Positions 38,153 to 48,827 are shown, counted from the first letter of the stretch. The stretch is 64,000 bases of DNA from an uncultured Fibrobacter sp. (GCA_946407235.1 CAMJNF010000002.1:21674-85673); one strand, 5' to 3'. The notes: a model not told the origin generated them from the letters alone. A program made the numbers and translations.

Positions 38153-39129
38153 AGTTTCTCTAAAAATTCCTTGGCATCACAGGACTCGACGAGGTCTTCG
38201 CCTAAAAGTTTTTGCAAGCGCAGCAAGTCATGGCGATCGACGCTATCGAGCACAACCGCCTTTTTAAAACGGTCGCGGTGGCGCAACAGGAATTCCAAAT
38301 TGTTGATATCGGACTTCGGGAATCCATAACCGATAAAGTAAATCTCTTCGGCATTTTTTAAGTAGTAATCGGCCTTGGACCAAAGCAAATTGAAAAGACT
38401 TCCACGCAAGAAAGATTCCTTTGCATGGGCCATCGGAATGAAGATGGGAGTGTCTTCGCAGTAGATGGGGAAACTGCGGTCTTGCGGTTCAACTTCGCAA
38501 ACATTTTTCAAATCAAGTTCGTCACTGGCGCCCTTGACCGGGAACCAATTAAGCGAACCATGCAATTTTATGAGATCAACCGTGCGCGTTTTCATGCCGC
38601 GTTTTGCCGAGCGGTCGGCAGGGTCAATTTTCACGCCGTAATCCACAGAAACTTGTTCGCTAAGTTCCTTATCCTTGGCAATCGCCGTTTCAATCAGCGT
38701 GTCGTAATTGAACGAGAGCAAAAGCGTTTCGCGAGAACCCGATGTTGAATCGTTTTCGCACGAGACCAAAAACTTTTTGAGAATCGCAGCCGCTGATTCA
38801 TCAAGTGCATTGTCGTTACGGATAACACTTGCAATAAAACGCAAAAGTTCGAATCGCAGCGATGCATGGTAGAGCCGTTCACGTTCGCTCGGGAAAATCT
38901 GCGCCGAGAGAATTGATGTCGCTAAAGGTTCAATGCCCAAATACTCGTCATCGCCATTGCAGAGTGTCAAAAAGCGCTTGCAGTAATCGCGAAAATGCGG
39001 AAAATCATCGGGAATGCCGAAAGGGATAAGCTCATTCAAGTCGCGGAGCGTAGGCATCTGCGGCGAGAAGGACTTGCTGAAACCAGAACCAAGTACAAAA
39101 ATACGGCGATAACAATTCGACTGCATCAT
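38149..39129 (-). CDS. SIR2-like domain protein (SIR2_2 type)
   Basis: FVLGSGFS, SFNYDTLIE, KLHGSLNW and FIGYGFPKSD. Confidence 0.8.
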   Translation of the reverse strand: MMQSNCYRRIFVLGSGFSKSFSPQMPTLRDLNELIPFGIPDDFPHFRDYCKRFLTLCNGDDEYLGIEPLATSILSAQIFPSERERLYHASLRFELLRFIASVIRNDNALDESAAAILKKFLVSCENDSTSGSRETLLLSFNYDTLIETAIAKDKELSEQVSVDYGVKIDPADRSAKRGMKTRTVDLIKLHGSLNWFPVKGASDELDLKNVCEVEPQDRSFPIYCEDTPIFIPMAHAKESFLRGSLFNLLWSKADYYLKNAEEIYFIGYGFPKSDINNLEFLLRHRDRFKKAVVLDSVDRHDLLRLQKLLGEDLVESCDAKEFLEKL

Positions 39130-39282
39130 ACCGTTAATGTATAAAAATAGACGAAAGAACGCTTCGCTCTTAGACTAGAGACTATATTAATTCGGAATTA
39201 TGATTTCGGAATTCGGAGTTAAAATAATCGCGACAAAGCCGCCAAATTAAACAATTCCTACTTCCCAATTCTGAATTCCAAA

Positions 39283-39960
39283 TTAAAAATGCAGCCAGCC
39301 TGTTTCCATGGCAGTGATAGGCGTGACTTTCACATCGCCTTTTTCAGGAAGTTCAAAAGCAAGACCCGTCAAGAAGTTCATCCAGCATTTCGGTTCAAAC
39401 TTAAGTCCGCAAAAATGCGAAAGGCATGGTACAATCCAAGCATCATGCGTCACGAAAATATTGAATCGCGATTGCGCCTTTTCAAACATCATCTCGCGCA
39501 TCTGTTCCGCGCGTTCATGAAGCGGATAAAACGCATCATGAACACCCGATTCAAGCCACTTGCAAATTCCCTCGTAAAAGCCTTCACGTAAAGTTTGCTC
39601 ATAAGCGGGCACATCACGAACAAAGAAATCGCCTAAAGCATTAAGCGGAACGACATTCACCGAGGCGCCCGCGCCATCCATGTAACCCGCAAGTTTTCGA
39701 CCTTCTGCAATGCACTGGGCCGTTTCCATGCAACGCCCAACCGGACTCGAAAAATACACAGCATCGCCAAATGCCGGGATAAAACGCCCTAGCGAAACCG
39801 CCTGACGGCGCCCACGTTCCGTAAGCCCTACATGCGCCCCAAAGTCCTTATCCTGCGGCGTAATATGATTACGTTCCGCATGGCGCAAGAGCAGATAAAT
39901 TTTAGAGTTCCAGTCAACCTGGGCAAAAAAGTCTGAAAGTTGTACGAAGTCGTTGGTCAT
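39283..39960 (-). CDS. Histidine phosphatase (phosphoglycerate mutase-like) family
   Basis: LLRHAER, LTERGRRQA, SSPVGRCMETA and VTHD. Confidence 0.88.
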   Translation of the reverse strand: MTNDFVQLSDFFAQVDWNSKIYLLLRHAERNHITPQDKDFGAHVGLTERGRRQAVSLGRFIPAFGDAVYFSSPVGRCMETAQCIAEGRKLAGYMDGAGASVNVVPLNALGDFFVRDVPAYEQTLREGFYEGICKWLESGVHDAFYPLHERAEQMREMMFEKAQSRFNIFVTHDAWIVPCLSHFCGLKFEPKCWMNFLTGLAFELPEKGDVKVTPITAMETGWLHF

Positions 39961-39988
39961 TGGATATTAGTTGGCAGAATTTAGGGAC

Positions 39989-40073
39989 GTCATCCTGAAG
40001 CCTGTAGGGCTGATATAGAATTGTTGGTAATTTATTACCCTACAATTCTTAGGTTCGAAGGAGCAGGATCCAG
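39989..40073. repeat. Composite family B REP-like element with internal hairpin
   Basis: Reverse complement shares TGGATCCTGCTCCT.CGAACCTAA and TCAGGATGAC with 60001-60099. Confidence 0.7.
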
Positions 40074-40174
40074 TGAAATTTTAGTTGGCAGAACTTAGAG
40101 CATAGTTATTAGTCAATAGTTATATATGGCGACCCCGGCACGGAGGCCGGGGAGACACATGGCGGGATGGACAA

Positions 40175-40723
40175 TTAGGAACCAACTGCAGCGGAAATCG
40201 GAATCCACAGAGCATGTCCAAGTGCAAAACTCAAAATGCCGAGCAAAAATCCGCAGACGATATCCGAGAACCAGTGCACGCCAAAGTACACGCGCAAAAG
40301 TCCCCACGTGAGCGGCAACAGCATCATAATCCATCCATACTGCGGCACGCAATAAAACACAGTGCTTGCCACCGCCAAATTGTTCATCGTATGGCCCGAC
40401 GGGAAACTGTACTTGTCCAGCGGCGGGACCTCGGCCTTAATCAGAGGATTCGCGGCAAACGGACGCGGACGCTTGGTGCTGAGCTTCACGCCCTCATAAA
40501 TCAAAAGGCTCATCGCAAGCGAAACAAGTGCCTGCCAAAGAATCGGCAAAAAACTTTCCCAACCGATTTTCCAAACCAAAAACGCAATGAACAAAGCCCA
40601 AATGTAGCCATCGCCGAGGCGCACATAAAAACGCAGCCAGCCATTCACCTTGCGCGAAAAATGGCGATTGGTCCAGTAAACCGAAACGCGGTTATCAAAA
40701 TCTTTAATTTTATTAAGCATCAA
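40175..40723 (-). CDS. PAP2 family membrane phosphatase
   Basis: KLSTKRPRP, SFPSGH and RVYFGVHWFSD. Confidence 0.92.
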   Translation of the reverse strand: MMLNKIKDFDNRVSVYWTNRHFSRKVNGWLRFYVRLGDGYIWALFIAFLVWKIGWESFLPILWQALVSLAMSLLIYEGVKLSTKRPRPFAANPLIKAEVPPLDKYSFPSGHTMNNLAVASTVFYCVPQYGWIMMLLPLTWGLLRVYFGVHWFSDIVCGFLLGILSFALGHALWIPISAAVGS

Positions 40724-40991
40724 CGTGAATTTAGAATTTTCCGCTCACCACACTGCGCCAAAATTCCTATTATTTAAAAAAACAGGTATTAGGTTTTAGG
40801 TATTAGGTTTTAGGGTTATATAGAAGCACAAAATCCATCAGCAAATGCAATTCTGAAATATTATGGATCCCCTACGCTTCGCTTCGAGGATGACGGCTTC
40901 AAAACGGCATCAAAACAAATCTGAAGCAATCCTTCCTACTTCCTACTGTCTACTGCCTACTAAACACTAACCACTAACCACTGATAAAATC

Positions 40992-42173
40992 ATGCGCGTA
41001 CTCGTTTTAAATTGCGGCTCGTCCTCGGTGAAGTTCGCCGTCATCGACACCAAGACCAAAGAATCCATCGCAAGCGGCCTCGTCGAAAACATCGGCGTGA
41101 ACGGCCACACCAAAGCTAAGGGTCCCGAAGGTAAGATTGATTTCAACTTCGACTGCCCCACGCATGCCGAAGCCGTCGATCAGGTCAAGAAGTTCCTCGA
41201 CGCCCAGAAGCTCACCGACACCATCGAAGCCATCGGCCATCGCGTCGTGCATGGCGGCAAGTACATCAAGAGCGAAAAGGTTTCTCAGCAGGTCATCGAC
41301 TACATCCGTAGCATCACGCTCTTTGCCCCGCTCCATGAACCGGCACACGCTACCGGCATGGAATGCGCCACCAAGTTCTTCCCGGGTCTCCCGCAGGTTG
41401 CCGTGTTCGATACGGCTTTCCACCAGACCATGCCGCAGAAGGCTTACCTCTACGGTATCCCGTACAAGTTCTATGAAAAGGACGGCATCCGCCGTTATGG
41501 CGCACACGGCACAAGCCACCGCTTCGTGACTGCCGAAGCTTGCAAGGTGCTCGGCACCAAGCCCGAAGAAACCTGCCTTATCACGGCACACCTCGGCAAC
41601 GGCTCCAGCTGCTCCGCTATTTTGAACGGCCAGTGCGTTGATACCACGATGGGTTTCACTCCGCTCGAAGGTCTTATCATGGGCACCCGTTCCGGTAGCC
41701 TCGACCCGGCCATCCTCTTCTACATTGCAAAGAAGTACGGCGAAGAATACGGCACCATCGACAAGCTCGACCACCTCGTGAACAAGGAATCCGGCTTGCT
41801 CGGTCTCTCTGGTCTTTCTAACGACATGCGTACGCTTACGCAGGCTGCAAGCGAAGGCAACAAGCAGGCTCAAATCGCCCTCGACGTCTTCTGCTACCGC
41901 CTCACCCGCGAAATCGGCGGCATCGCCATGGCTCTCCCACGCATTGACGCCATCGTCTTCACGGGCGGCATTGGCGAAAACAGCTTCTACGTTCGCAAGC
42001 AGGCTTTGGACAACTTAAAGCTTCTCGGCTACCAGGTTGATGAAGAACGCAACCTCAAGAGCGGCAAGGAATCCAACCACCTCATCACGAAGGATGGCAC
42101 GCCGAAGGCAATCGTCGTTGCAACAAACGAAGAATTGCTCATCGCACTCGACACAGAAGCACTTGTTAAGTAG
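40992..42173 (+). CDS. ackA: Acetate kinase
   Basis: VLNCGSSSVK, GHRVVHGG, VFDTAFH, HLGNG, GFTPLEG and FTGGIGEN. Confidence 0.97.
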   Translation: MRVLVLNCGSSSVKFAVIDTKTKESIASGLVENIGVNGHTKAKGPEGKIDFNFDCPTHAEAVDQVKKFLDAQKLTDTIEAIGHRVVHGGKYIKSEKVSQQVIDYIRSITLFAPLHEPAHATGMECATKFFPGLPQVAVFDTAFHQTMPQKAYLYGIPYKFYEKDGIRRYGAHGTSHRFVTAEACKVLGTKPEETCLITAHLGNGSSCSAILNGQCVDTTMGFTPLEGLIMGTRSGSLDPAILFYIAKKYGEEYGTIDKLDHLVNKESGLLGLSGLSNDMRTLTQAASEGNKQAQIALDVFCYRLTREIGGIAMALPRIDAIVFTGGIGENSFYVRKQALDNLKLLGYQVDEERNLKSGKESNHLITKDGTPKAIVVATNEELLIALDTEALVK

Positions 42174-42244
42174 TTAGGAATTAGGAGTTCGGAATTCGGA
42201 ATGGATTCCAAACATGAAACTCTTAATTTAAAATTGCTATAAAG

Positions 42245-42275
42245 AAAGGCTCCGCATCGCGGAGCCTCTTCTTTT
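42245..42275 (+). terminator. Intrinsic terminator after ackA
   Basis: AGGCTCCGC-ATC-GCGGAGCCT followed by CTTCTTTT. Confidence 0.75.
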
Positions 42276-42408
42276 ATATAATAAAGTTGCCCCCGGAACA
42301 ACCGGGGGACAAATGTAAAAGGAATATGGCGATGCCGGAACGGAGTCCGGCATGACACGTGTAACGGCAGGAGAGCTATACAGTCTACTTCCTACCGTCT
42401 ACTGTCTA

Positions 42409-45400
42409 CTATTTAATCGTCCATGTCTGGTTGTTCACGCGGAGGACCTTGCGACCCTGCACCTGAGCAGATGCGGCGCGAACGTCAGCCGGGTTCACCG
42501 GGAGCTTGGCGCTCCAGACCTTGCGACCCTGCATATCCGTGATAGATACGCTTCCACGCTTTGACATCACGGCATTCTGCCAAGACTGCTTCAGCTGAGC
42601 AAACCGCGGCAGCAATCCAACAGGCTTTTCACCGACGACAATGTACAGTGGGATAGTCACATTCTGCTTGTCCGGATCGCTTACCTTTACGCCAATCGAG
42701 AACTTCTGATCTTCCTTATACTTGACGCCATCCTTCGATTGCACCGTAAGCACGGAACCCTTGATTGATATCGTCAAGTACTTCGTCAAAGCACTCGTTT
42801 CATTCGGAATAAACGTGAGTTCATCGCCATCGACATCCATCACAAGCGTATCAAGATCCCACTTGACCTTCCATTCTTTATCCTTGGAAACATAGACGGT
42901 ATCAGAATGGAGAAGCACAGGCTTGTCGTTTACCGGAGTTATCGTCACACAGAATTCAAAGCTCTTGGAGCCAGACTTCTTGTCCGTTGCAGTCACGACC
43001 ACATAAGCCTTGCCCGTAGAATCAGGAGCCGAATTGATTTCAAGAATTCCATTCTCCGTAATCTGGACTTTAAGCTTACCATCCTTGCTCTTTGCAGAGT
43101 AGGTCAGCGGGTCACCTTCCGGATCCTTGAACCAAGAAGCGATAACAGAACTCGTGTACTTCAAAGTTCTCGAAGTCGGGAAATCTTCGGTCACGGTCGT
43201 ATCAAGCGAGCCAGCCTTAACAACTACGGTCGGGAGCAAGTTGCGCTTTTCGACAACGATTGTCACAATGGCAGCCTTGGACTTCGTGCCATTGACAACG
43301 GCATAGTAACCAAAGTAATCAACACCTTCATAGCCTTCACTCGGCACATACTTGAAGCTACCATCCTTATTGAGGGTAAGCGTTCCGTGAGTAGGCTGCT
43401 GGGCGATTGTTGCTTCCATACCCGTCGTTATACCTTCAGGATACTTATCGTTAGCAAGAACACCCTTCTTGGCATCCACAGAAAGCGCACTGTCGTTGAA
43501 CGTCGTGTATTCATCCTTAACAACCTGAGCGACATCCTTCGGAGAAATAAGCTTCACATAGAGAGTGACGCCAACAGAATCCTTTCCATCAGATGCATAG
43601 AAGAAGATATTGGCAAGGCCACTTGCGCTTGCAACCGGCTTCAAAGAAATGAAGTAACTGCTTGCATTCACGCTATCGACATTAGCAATAATCTTTGTAC
43701 CAACGGCCTTATAGGTAAACTTCTGCGTGCCTTCGGTAACATCGCGATCGGTAAAGACCAAGGACTTTGTCGGGATCTTAATCTGCTTCACTGTATCTTC
43801 ATCGAAGTCCATATCAAGAATCAAAGTATCCTTAAGGAACGCGCTATCGGCAACCGTAACTACCGGTTTAGCATTGACCGGCAACACATGGATAACCACG
43901 GTAGCCTTATTACTGATCATCGTATGGTTTGCAGTTTCCACAAGCACGTAAGTAAGCGTATCGTTACCACGGAAGTCCTTTTCCGGAGTATAGACAAACG
44001 AGCCCAACTGAGAGAATTCCGACAGCACGCCATGCTTGGTAGAATCAACCGGCACAACAAGGAAGTCATCTCCATCCGGATCAGAGCCAATTATGGCAAG
44101 TCCACGGACAATAGGAACGACCAGGCTTTCGCCTTCAGTTACCTCGAATTCAGTATTCGCAGCGACAGGTGGAGAATTAGAATCCTTGATGGTCACGACA
44201 AACGAAACCGTAACCAGCGGTGACTTTGCATCAGTGGCGTGTACAGCCACGATAAAGCTCGTATCCTTCTTGACGCCCGAAGGGACAAGTTTTAAAGTAT
44301 CGCTCAAGGTAGCCTTATCGATTTCGGTCAAGACCTTCATCAAATTGGCAGACATTTCCACAGCAAAGGTAAGCTTGTCGTTGTCTTCATCGGCAAACAA
44401 CTTCGCCAAAGGAATCTTCAATGTATCCGCTTCGAGCATAGTATCCAGAGCGACGGATTCGACATTGTACGGAGCAAGCACCGTTGTGGGGTGATTTTCT
44501 GCAGGAGGATCGTCCGGGCATTCCGGGTCACCCGGGCAAGTCGGGCCAACCGGTCCTTCGCCTTCATCGGTAATCTTGACATTAATCTGAGTCTTCACGG
44601 ATTCCGTTCCACTCAAGGCCAAGATCGTAAGCGTCAAGGACGTATCCTTGTCAAGATTTCTCGAGACATAAACGAGAGTATCCTTCAGAGTCGGAGTCCC
44701 AGCAGGCTTGACCATCGTCAAGATGTTGGTAGCCGTCAAAGAAGTAGCAATCGTCACTTCCGCGCCATCATCGGCAGCAAAAACATCTGCAAGAGGAATC
44801 TTCAGGGAATCGGTTTCCTTGATGGTCTTGGTCTGAGTCTTGTCATAAGGTTCAAGAATCTGGAGGCCCGGTTTTGTAACAGACGATTCGCATTCACCAA
44901 GAGAAACGGCGGCAAACGTAATAACGTTCTTGTTTCTCTCGGTATCGCTGGATTCAAGATTCTTGGCAATGCCTTCCTTGTAGTTCACCTGGATGGCCTG
45001 CTGTTGAGTCAAATCCAAACTGACTGTAGTGCCCCAGCCACCTTCCTGAGCCAAGCTCTGGAAGTCGACATACTTGGCGGCAAACTCTTCTTGTGCGGGA
45101 AGGACTACACCGTAAAAATTATAATCCGTTACCGTAGGCTGCTTAAAGTCCACTCGGAACGGGCGGTCAGCCTTATACGTGAAGCAAATACCAGAATATG
45201 CCGAAAGGTCTATCGGAGCATCCTGGCCATTCGAAGACTTCCATACAAATCCAAAACCAGCAGTGCTGTATTCACTCGAGTTCAGATCCAGAGCCACCGT
45301 AAACTGCTTGTACCCTTCCTGGGTGTCAACCAGTTGACCCGTAGTAGAACCACCTTGTGCAAAGCTGAACCAATTTTTTTCGGGCTGCACATCATTGCCC

Positions 45401-45489
45401 GTAGGCTTATCAAAACTCCAAACCGTCGCGGCGTGACCCATCGTGACGCCGGCCAACGCCATCACCAAAGACAAAGATAGCGATTTCAT
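42409..45489 (-). CDS. Large secreted protein: CBM11/CIA30-like N-domain, tandem cadherin-like Ig repeats and CTD-like tail
   Basis: AGFGFVW..DLSAYSGICFTY; repeats with DPDGD, GSFVYTP..DFRGND, GVLAND and FKDPEGDPLTY; ends DMQGRKVW..RVNNQTWTIK. Confidence 0.8.
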   Translation of the reverse strand: MKSLSLSLVMALAGVTMGHAATVWSFDKPTGNDVQPEKNWFSFAQGGSTTGQLVDTQEGYKQFTVALDLNSSEYSTAGFGFVWKSSNGQDAPIDLSAYSGICFTYKADRPFRVDFKQPTVTDYNFYGVVLPAQEEFAAKYVDFQSLAQEGGWGTTVSLDLTQQQAIQVNYKEGIAKNLESSDTERNKNVITFAAVSLGECESSVTKPGLQILEPYDKTQTKTIKETDSLKIPLADVFAADDGAEVTIATSLTATNILTMVKPAGTPTLKDTLVYVSRNLDKDTSLTLTILALSGTESVKTQINVKITDEGEGPVGPTCPGDPECPDDPPAENHPTTVLAPYNVESVALDTMLEADTLKIPLAKLFADEDNDKLTFAVEMSANLMKVLTEIDKATLSDTLKLVPSGVKKDTSFIVAVHATDAKSPLVTVSFVVTIKDSNSPPVAANTEFEVTEGESLVVPIVRGLAIIGSDPDGDDFLVVPVDSTKHGVLSEFSQLGSFVYTPEKDFRGNDTLTYVLVETANHTMISNKATVVIHVLPVNAKPVVTVADSAFLKDTLILDMDFDEDTVKQIKIPTKSLVFTDRDVTEGTQKFTYKAVGTKIIANVDSVNASSYFISLKPVASASGLANIFFYASDGKDSVGVTLYVKLISPKDVAQVVKDEYTTFNDSALSVDAKKGVLANDKYPEGITTGMEATIAQQPTHGTLTLNKDGSFKYVPSEGYEGVDYFGYYAVVNGTKSKAAIVTIVVEKRNLLPTVVVKAGSLDTTVTEDFPTSRTLKYTSSVIASWFKDPEGDPLTYSAKSKDGKLKVQITENGILEINSAPDSTGKAYVVVTATDKKSGSKSFEFCVTITPVNDKPVLLHSDTVYVSKDKEWKVKWDLDTLVMDVDGDELTFIPNETSALTKYLTISIKGSVLTVQSKDGVKYKEDQKFSIGVKVSDPDKQNVTIPLYIVVGEKPVGLLPRFAQLKQSWQNAVMSKRGSVSITDMQGRKVWSAKLPVNPADVRAASAQVQGRKVLRVNNQTWTIK

Positions 45490-45578
45490 AATCTACAACT
45501 CCTCTAAGTAAACACCAATACCCATCAGGATAAATCTATATTATCCTTACGAAAATGTCACTAGGGGAGCAAAAAAAA

Positions 45579-47423
45579 TCATCCCAAATTGTCAAGGATT
45601 TCGAACCGCTCGTAGGCCTGTTCGAGCAAAGCCTCGTCATCGGCAATCTTTTTTTGGAGTTCCACGATAAGCGTAGCGTTCGTGTACACCTCGGGCTTGG
45701 AAAGTTCCAGCTGGTAATCGGCAATTTCCTTTTCAAGTTTCTCGATTTTTTCGGGCAAAGCCGCGTATTCGCGCTCCTCGTTGTAACTGCGCTTTTTCTT
45801 CACGGGTGCGACTTGCGCTCCGGTCCCCGGATTTGCACGGGCCTGCTTTTCGGCTTCTTTTTCGGCGGCAATGCGGGCGGCATTGGCGGCTTCCTTGTCA
45901 CGGAGTTTCTTGTTGGCCTCGTAATCGGAGTAACCACCGACCGCCTCAAAGACATGGCCATCCTCTTCGATGGCGAGGATGCCCGTTGTCACGGAATCGA
46001 GGAAGGCACGGTCATGACTGACAGTCAGGACGGTGCCGTTATAGTCCGCGAGAAGTTCAGCCAAAAGGTCGAGCGTTTCCATGTCCAAATCGTTCGTCGG
46101 TTCGTCAAGCACCAAGACGTTGCTCGGGTGGCTAAAGAGGCACGCGAGCAAGAGTCGGTTGCGTTCCCCGCCGCTCAGCGCGCTAATCGGGCCGCGGGCG
46201 CGATCCGCCGAGAACAAGAAGTCTTGCAGATAACTTAACACATGACGTTTGACACCGTTCAAGGTTATGTACGCTTGCCCATCGCCAATGTTTTCGACGA
46301 GAGACTTGTCCTCACGCAGGCGAGTGCGCATCTGGTCAAAATAGGCGATGTGAAGGTTACTGCCCAAACGAACCTCACCCGATTCCGGCTGAAGTTCGCC
46401 AAGAATCAAGCGGAGTAACGTCGTCTTTCCAGAACCGTTCGGGCCCACAATGCCAATACGGTCGCCACGACTTATTTCGGTCGAAAGATCGTTGATGAGC
46501 GGGCTCCCGTCATACGAATAGCTCACGTTCTTGAGGCGCGCAACGAGGCGCCCGGAACGGTCGGCTTCCGTGATATGCATATTCACATTCCCGGTACGGG
46601 AGCGGCGAGCCGCGCGTTCTTCGCGCATCTTGATAAGGGCGCGGACTCGCCCCTCGTTGCGCGTACGGCGTGCCTGAATGCCCTTGCGGATCCAGACTTC
46701 TTCTTCGGCCAGTTTCTTGTCGAAAAGCGCATTCGCCTTTTCTTCTTCGGCAAGCGCCTGGTCCCTGAACTGTACGAACTTGTCGTACGGGAAATCCCAA
46801 CTGCGCACACGACCGCGGTCCAGCTCGAAAATGCGCGTCGCGGTGCGACGGACAAACGCACGGTCATGGCTCACAAACATCACAGCACAGTTCAAGCGCG
46901 AAACAATCCCTTCCAGCCATTGAATTGCTGGAATGTCCAAATGGTTCGTCGGCTCGTCAAGCAAGAGCAAATCCGGGTCTTCAGCCACGGCACGGGCAAA
47001 AAGCACTCGGCGTTTTTGCCCACCGCTCAAACTGTCGTAGAGAGAATCAGGGTCAATACCCGTCTTGCCAAGAATCGCCTCGGCAGTCGCATTGTGCGCT
47101 CCGTCATCCACCATTTTCTGGGAAATCACAGAACCGCCACTCACCACAGAAACGCTCCCCATCACGATATCGCGCACGGTCCCGTCGATATGCGCAGGGA
47201 TTTCCTGGATCATGCGACTCACGCGAAGTCCCGTCTTCTTGACGATTTCGCCGGAATTCGTCTCCATCTCGCCTGTCAATACCTTCAAAAGCGTACTCTT
47301 GCCCTCGCCGTTACGACCGACAAGACAAATGCGGTCTCCAGCCTCGATATCAAACGAGACATTGTCCAAAAGTGGCGGACCGCCAAAACGCAACAAGATA
47401 TTCTGAACAGACAAAATGGGCAT
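45579..47423 (-). CDS. ABC-F family ATPase (Uup-like)
   Basis: Two NBDs (GRNGEGKS, GPNGSGKT, LSGG, DEPTN), WIRKGIQARRTRNEGR and a C-terminal coiled coil; no TM segments. Confidence 0.92.
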   Translation of the reverse strand: MPILSVQNILLRFGGPPLLDNVSFDIEAGDRICLVGRNGEGKSTLLKVLTGEMETNSGEIVKKTGLRVSRMIQEIPAHIDGTVRDIVMGSVSVVSGGSVISQKMVDDGAHNATAEAILGKTGIDPDSLYDSLSGGQKRRVLFARAVAEDPDLLLLDEPTNHLDIPAIQWLEGIVSRLNCAVMFVSHDRAFVRRTATRIFELDRGRVRSWDFPYDKFVQFRDQALAEEEKANALFDKKLAEEEVWIRKGIQARRTRNEGRVRALIKMREERAARRSRTGNVNMHITEADRSGRLVARLKNVSYSYDGSPLINDLSTEISRGDRIGIVGPNGSGKTTLLRLILGELQPESGEVRLGSNLHIAYFDQMRTRLREDKSLVENIGDGQAYITLNGVKRHVLSYLQDFLFSADRARGPISALSGGERNRLLLACLFSHPSNVLVLDEPTNDLDMETLDLLAELLADYNGTVLTVSHDRAFLDSVTTGILAIEEDGHVFEAVGGYSDYEANKKLRDKEAANAARIAAEKEAEKQARANPGTGAQVAPVKKKRSYNEEREYAALPEKIEKLEKEIADYQLELSKPEVYTNATLIVELQKKIADDEALLEQAYERFEILDNLG

Positions 47424-47498
47424 AAAATAAACCCTTCTATAATTATATTACCGTCAAGAAAAATAGAAAAAACGTTTATTTATCTAAATTTAAGCGAA

Positions 47499-48629
47499 AT
47501 GCGTTTCTTGATCCAAAAGCTACTGACTTTAGCAACCTTCGCAACACCAGCATTCGCAGGGGCAGACGTCCCTACGCCAAGCTCAGCGGACTCAACTGTA
47601 GCCGTAACCGATTCGACGGACAATTTCCAACGTTTTTCCGTGGTTCCCATCCTTGGCTACACAGAAGAAACAAAGTACCAATTCGGGGCAATGTCCATCA
47701 TCTTTTTCAAGCCCGAAATTGAAGGCGGAAAAGCAACCGAACTGGATCTTTCCTTTTACGGCACTTCACGCAAGCAAGTCACAGGCTCGATTTCGCCCAA
47801 GTTCTTCTTTTTGAACGAACTCATCTCGGGCAACATCGACCTCCATTACGAGGACTGGGTCGGCAACTACTTCGGCAGAGGCAACAATCCAGACATCGAC
47901 GACTACCGCAAGTTCGACCGAAAAACATTCTATATAACATCACTTACCCAAACTAACTTTTGGACAAAGCAGTGGTTCCGAGACTTCCGGTATGGACTGT
48001 TTTTCGAGATAAACTACACAAATATCGACTTTAACAGTTACCATTATCACGGGAATATCGAGCGTCCCGAAAAAACGGACGGTTGGCGGAACGGCGTCGG
48101 ATACCATTTCGCCATTGACACGCGCGACAACACCAATTGGGCACGGCATGGTTATCTCGTCCAATGGGGACACAACTTTTATAACAAAGGAATGGGCGAC
48201 TACAACTACACCCATCAGGAACTCGATGTCCGTGGCTACACAGAATTCATCTGGAACACCTCCATGGCATTCGGTTTCCTCTGGCAACGCATAAATGGAG
48301 ACGCTCCTTTCGATAAACTCGCTGGTTCGGATGGTCTCAAACGCTTCCGTGGCGTCGAAAAGAACTTCTTTTATGGAGACCAGGCGTTATTTCTGCAAAT
48401 GGAATTCCGCAAAAAGCTGTTCTGGAGGCTCGCCGGGGATATCTTTTTTGAAGGCGGAAAGACTGGCGATTACTTCAGTGACCTTATGCGCAACAAATGG
48501 CACAGGAGCCTTGGCTTCGGGGGCAGGTTCGCCCTCAACAAATCGGAAAACCTGTATGCCCGCTGCGAATTTTCATGGGTCGACTTCAAGCACTTCGGCA
48601 TGACGATGTACGTCCGAGACGCGTTCTAG
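47499..48629 (+). CDS. BamA/TamA (Omp85)-like barrel protein without POTRA domains
   Basis: PILGYTEET, DTRDN, FRG motif (KRFRGVE), GFGGRF and C-terminal DAF; signal peptide from MRFLIQK. Confidence 0.75.
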   Translation: MRFLIQKLLTLATFATPAFAGADVPTPSSADSTVAVTDSTDNFQRFSVVPILGYTEETKYQFGAMSIIFFKPEIEGGKATELDLSFYGTSRKQVTGSISPKFFFLNELISGNIDLHYEDWVGNYFGRGNNPDIDDYRKFDRKTFYITSLTQTNFWTKQWFRDFRYGLFFEINYTNIDFNSYHYHGNIERPEKTDGWRNGVGYHFAIDTRDNTNWARHGYLVQWGHNFYNKGMGDYNYTHQELDVRGYTEFIWNTSMAFGFLWQRINGDAPFDKLAGSDGLKRFRGVEKNFFYGDQALFLQMEFRKKLFWRLAGDIFFEGGKTGDYFSDLMRNKWHRSLGFGGRFALNKSENLYARCEFSWVDFKHFGMTMYVRDAF

Positions 48630-48827
48630 GTTACAGGTTACAGGTTATAGGTATTAGAATTAGTATCATGCACTTTGTGCATACTATTATAGGGCGGCTT
48701 CGCCGCGATTATTAACCTGAAACCTAACTCCTAAAACCTAATACCTCTCTCGTCTAAACAAAAAGCGGATGCAAACCTTTGAGCCTGCATCCGCCATTTT
48801 GAGATAGAATATTCAACGGTTTAAGGA

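Noticed and set aside
40992-42173. ackA without adjacent pta
   Set aside because: Unlinked ackA is common, and absence from this window says nothing about the genome
46575-47498. 308-aa N-terminal extension of the Omp85-like ORF, suggesting a long overlapping gene
   Set aside because: It lies antisense to the ABC-F gene; the signal peptide and promoter box place the start at 47499
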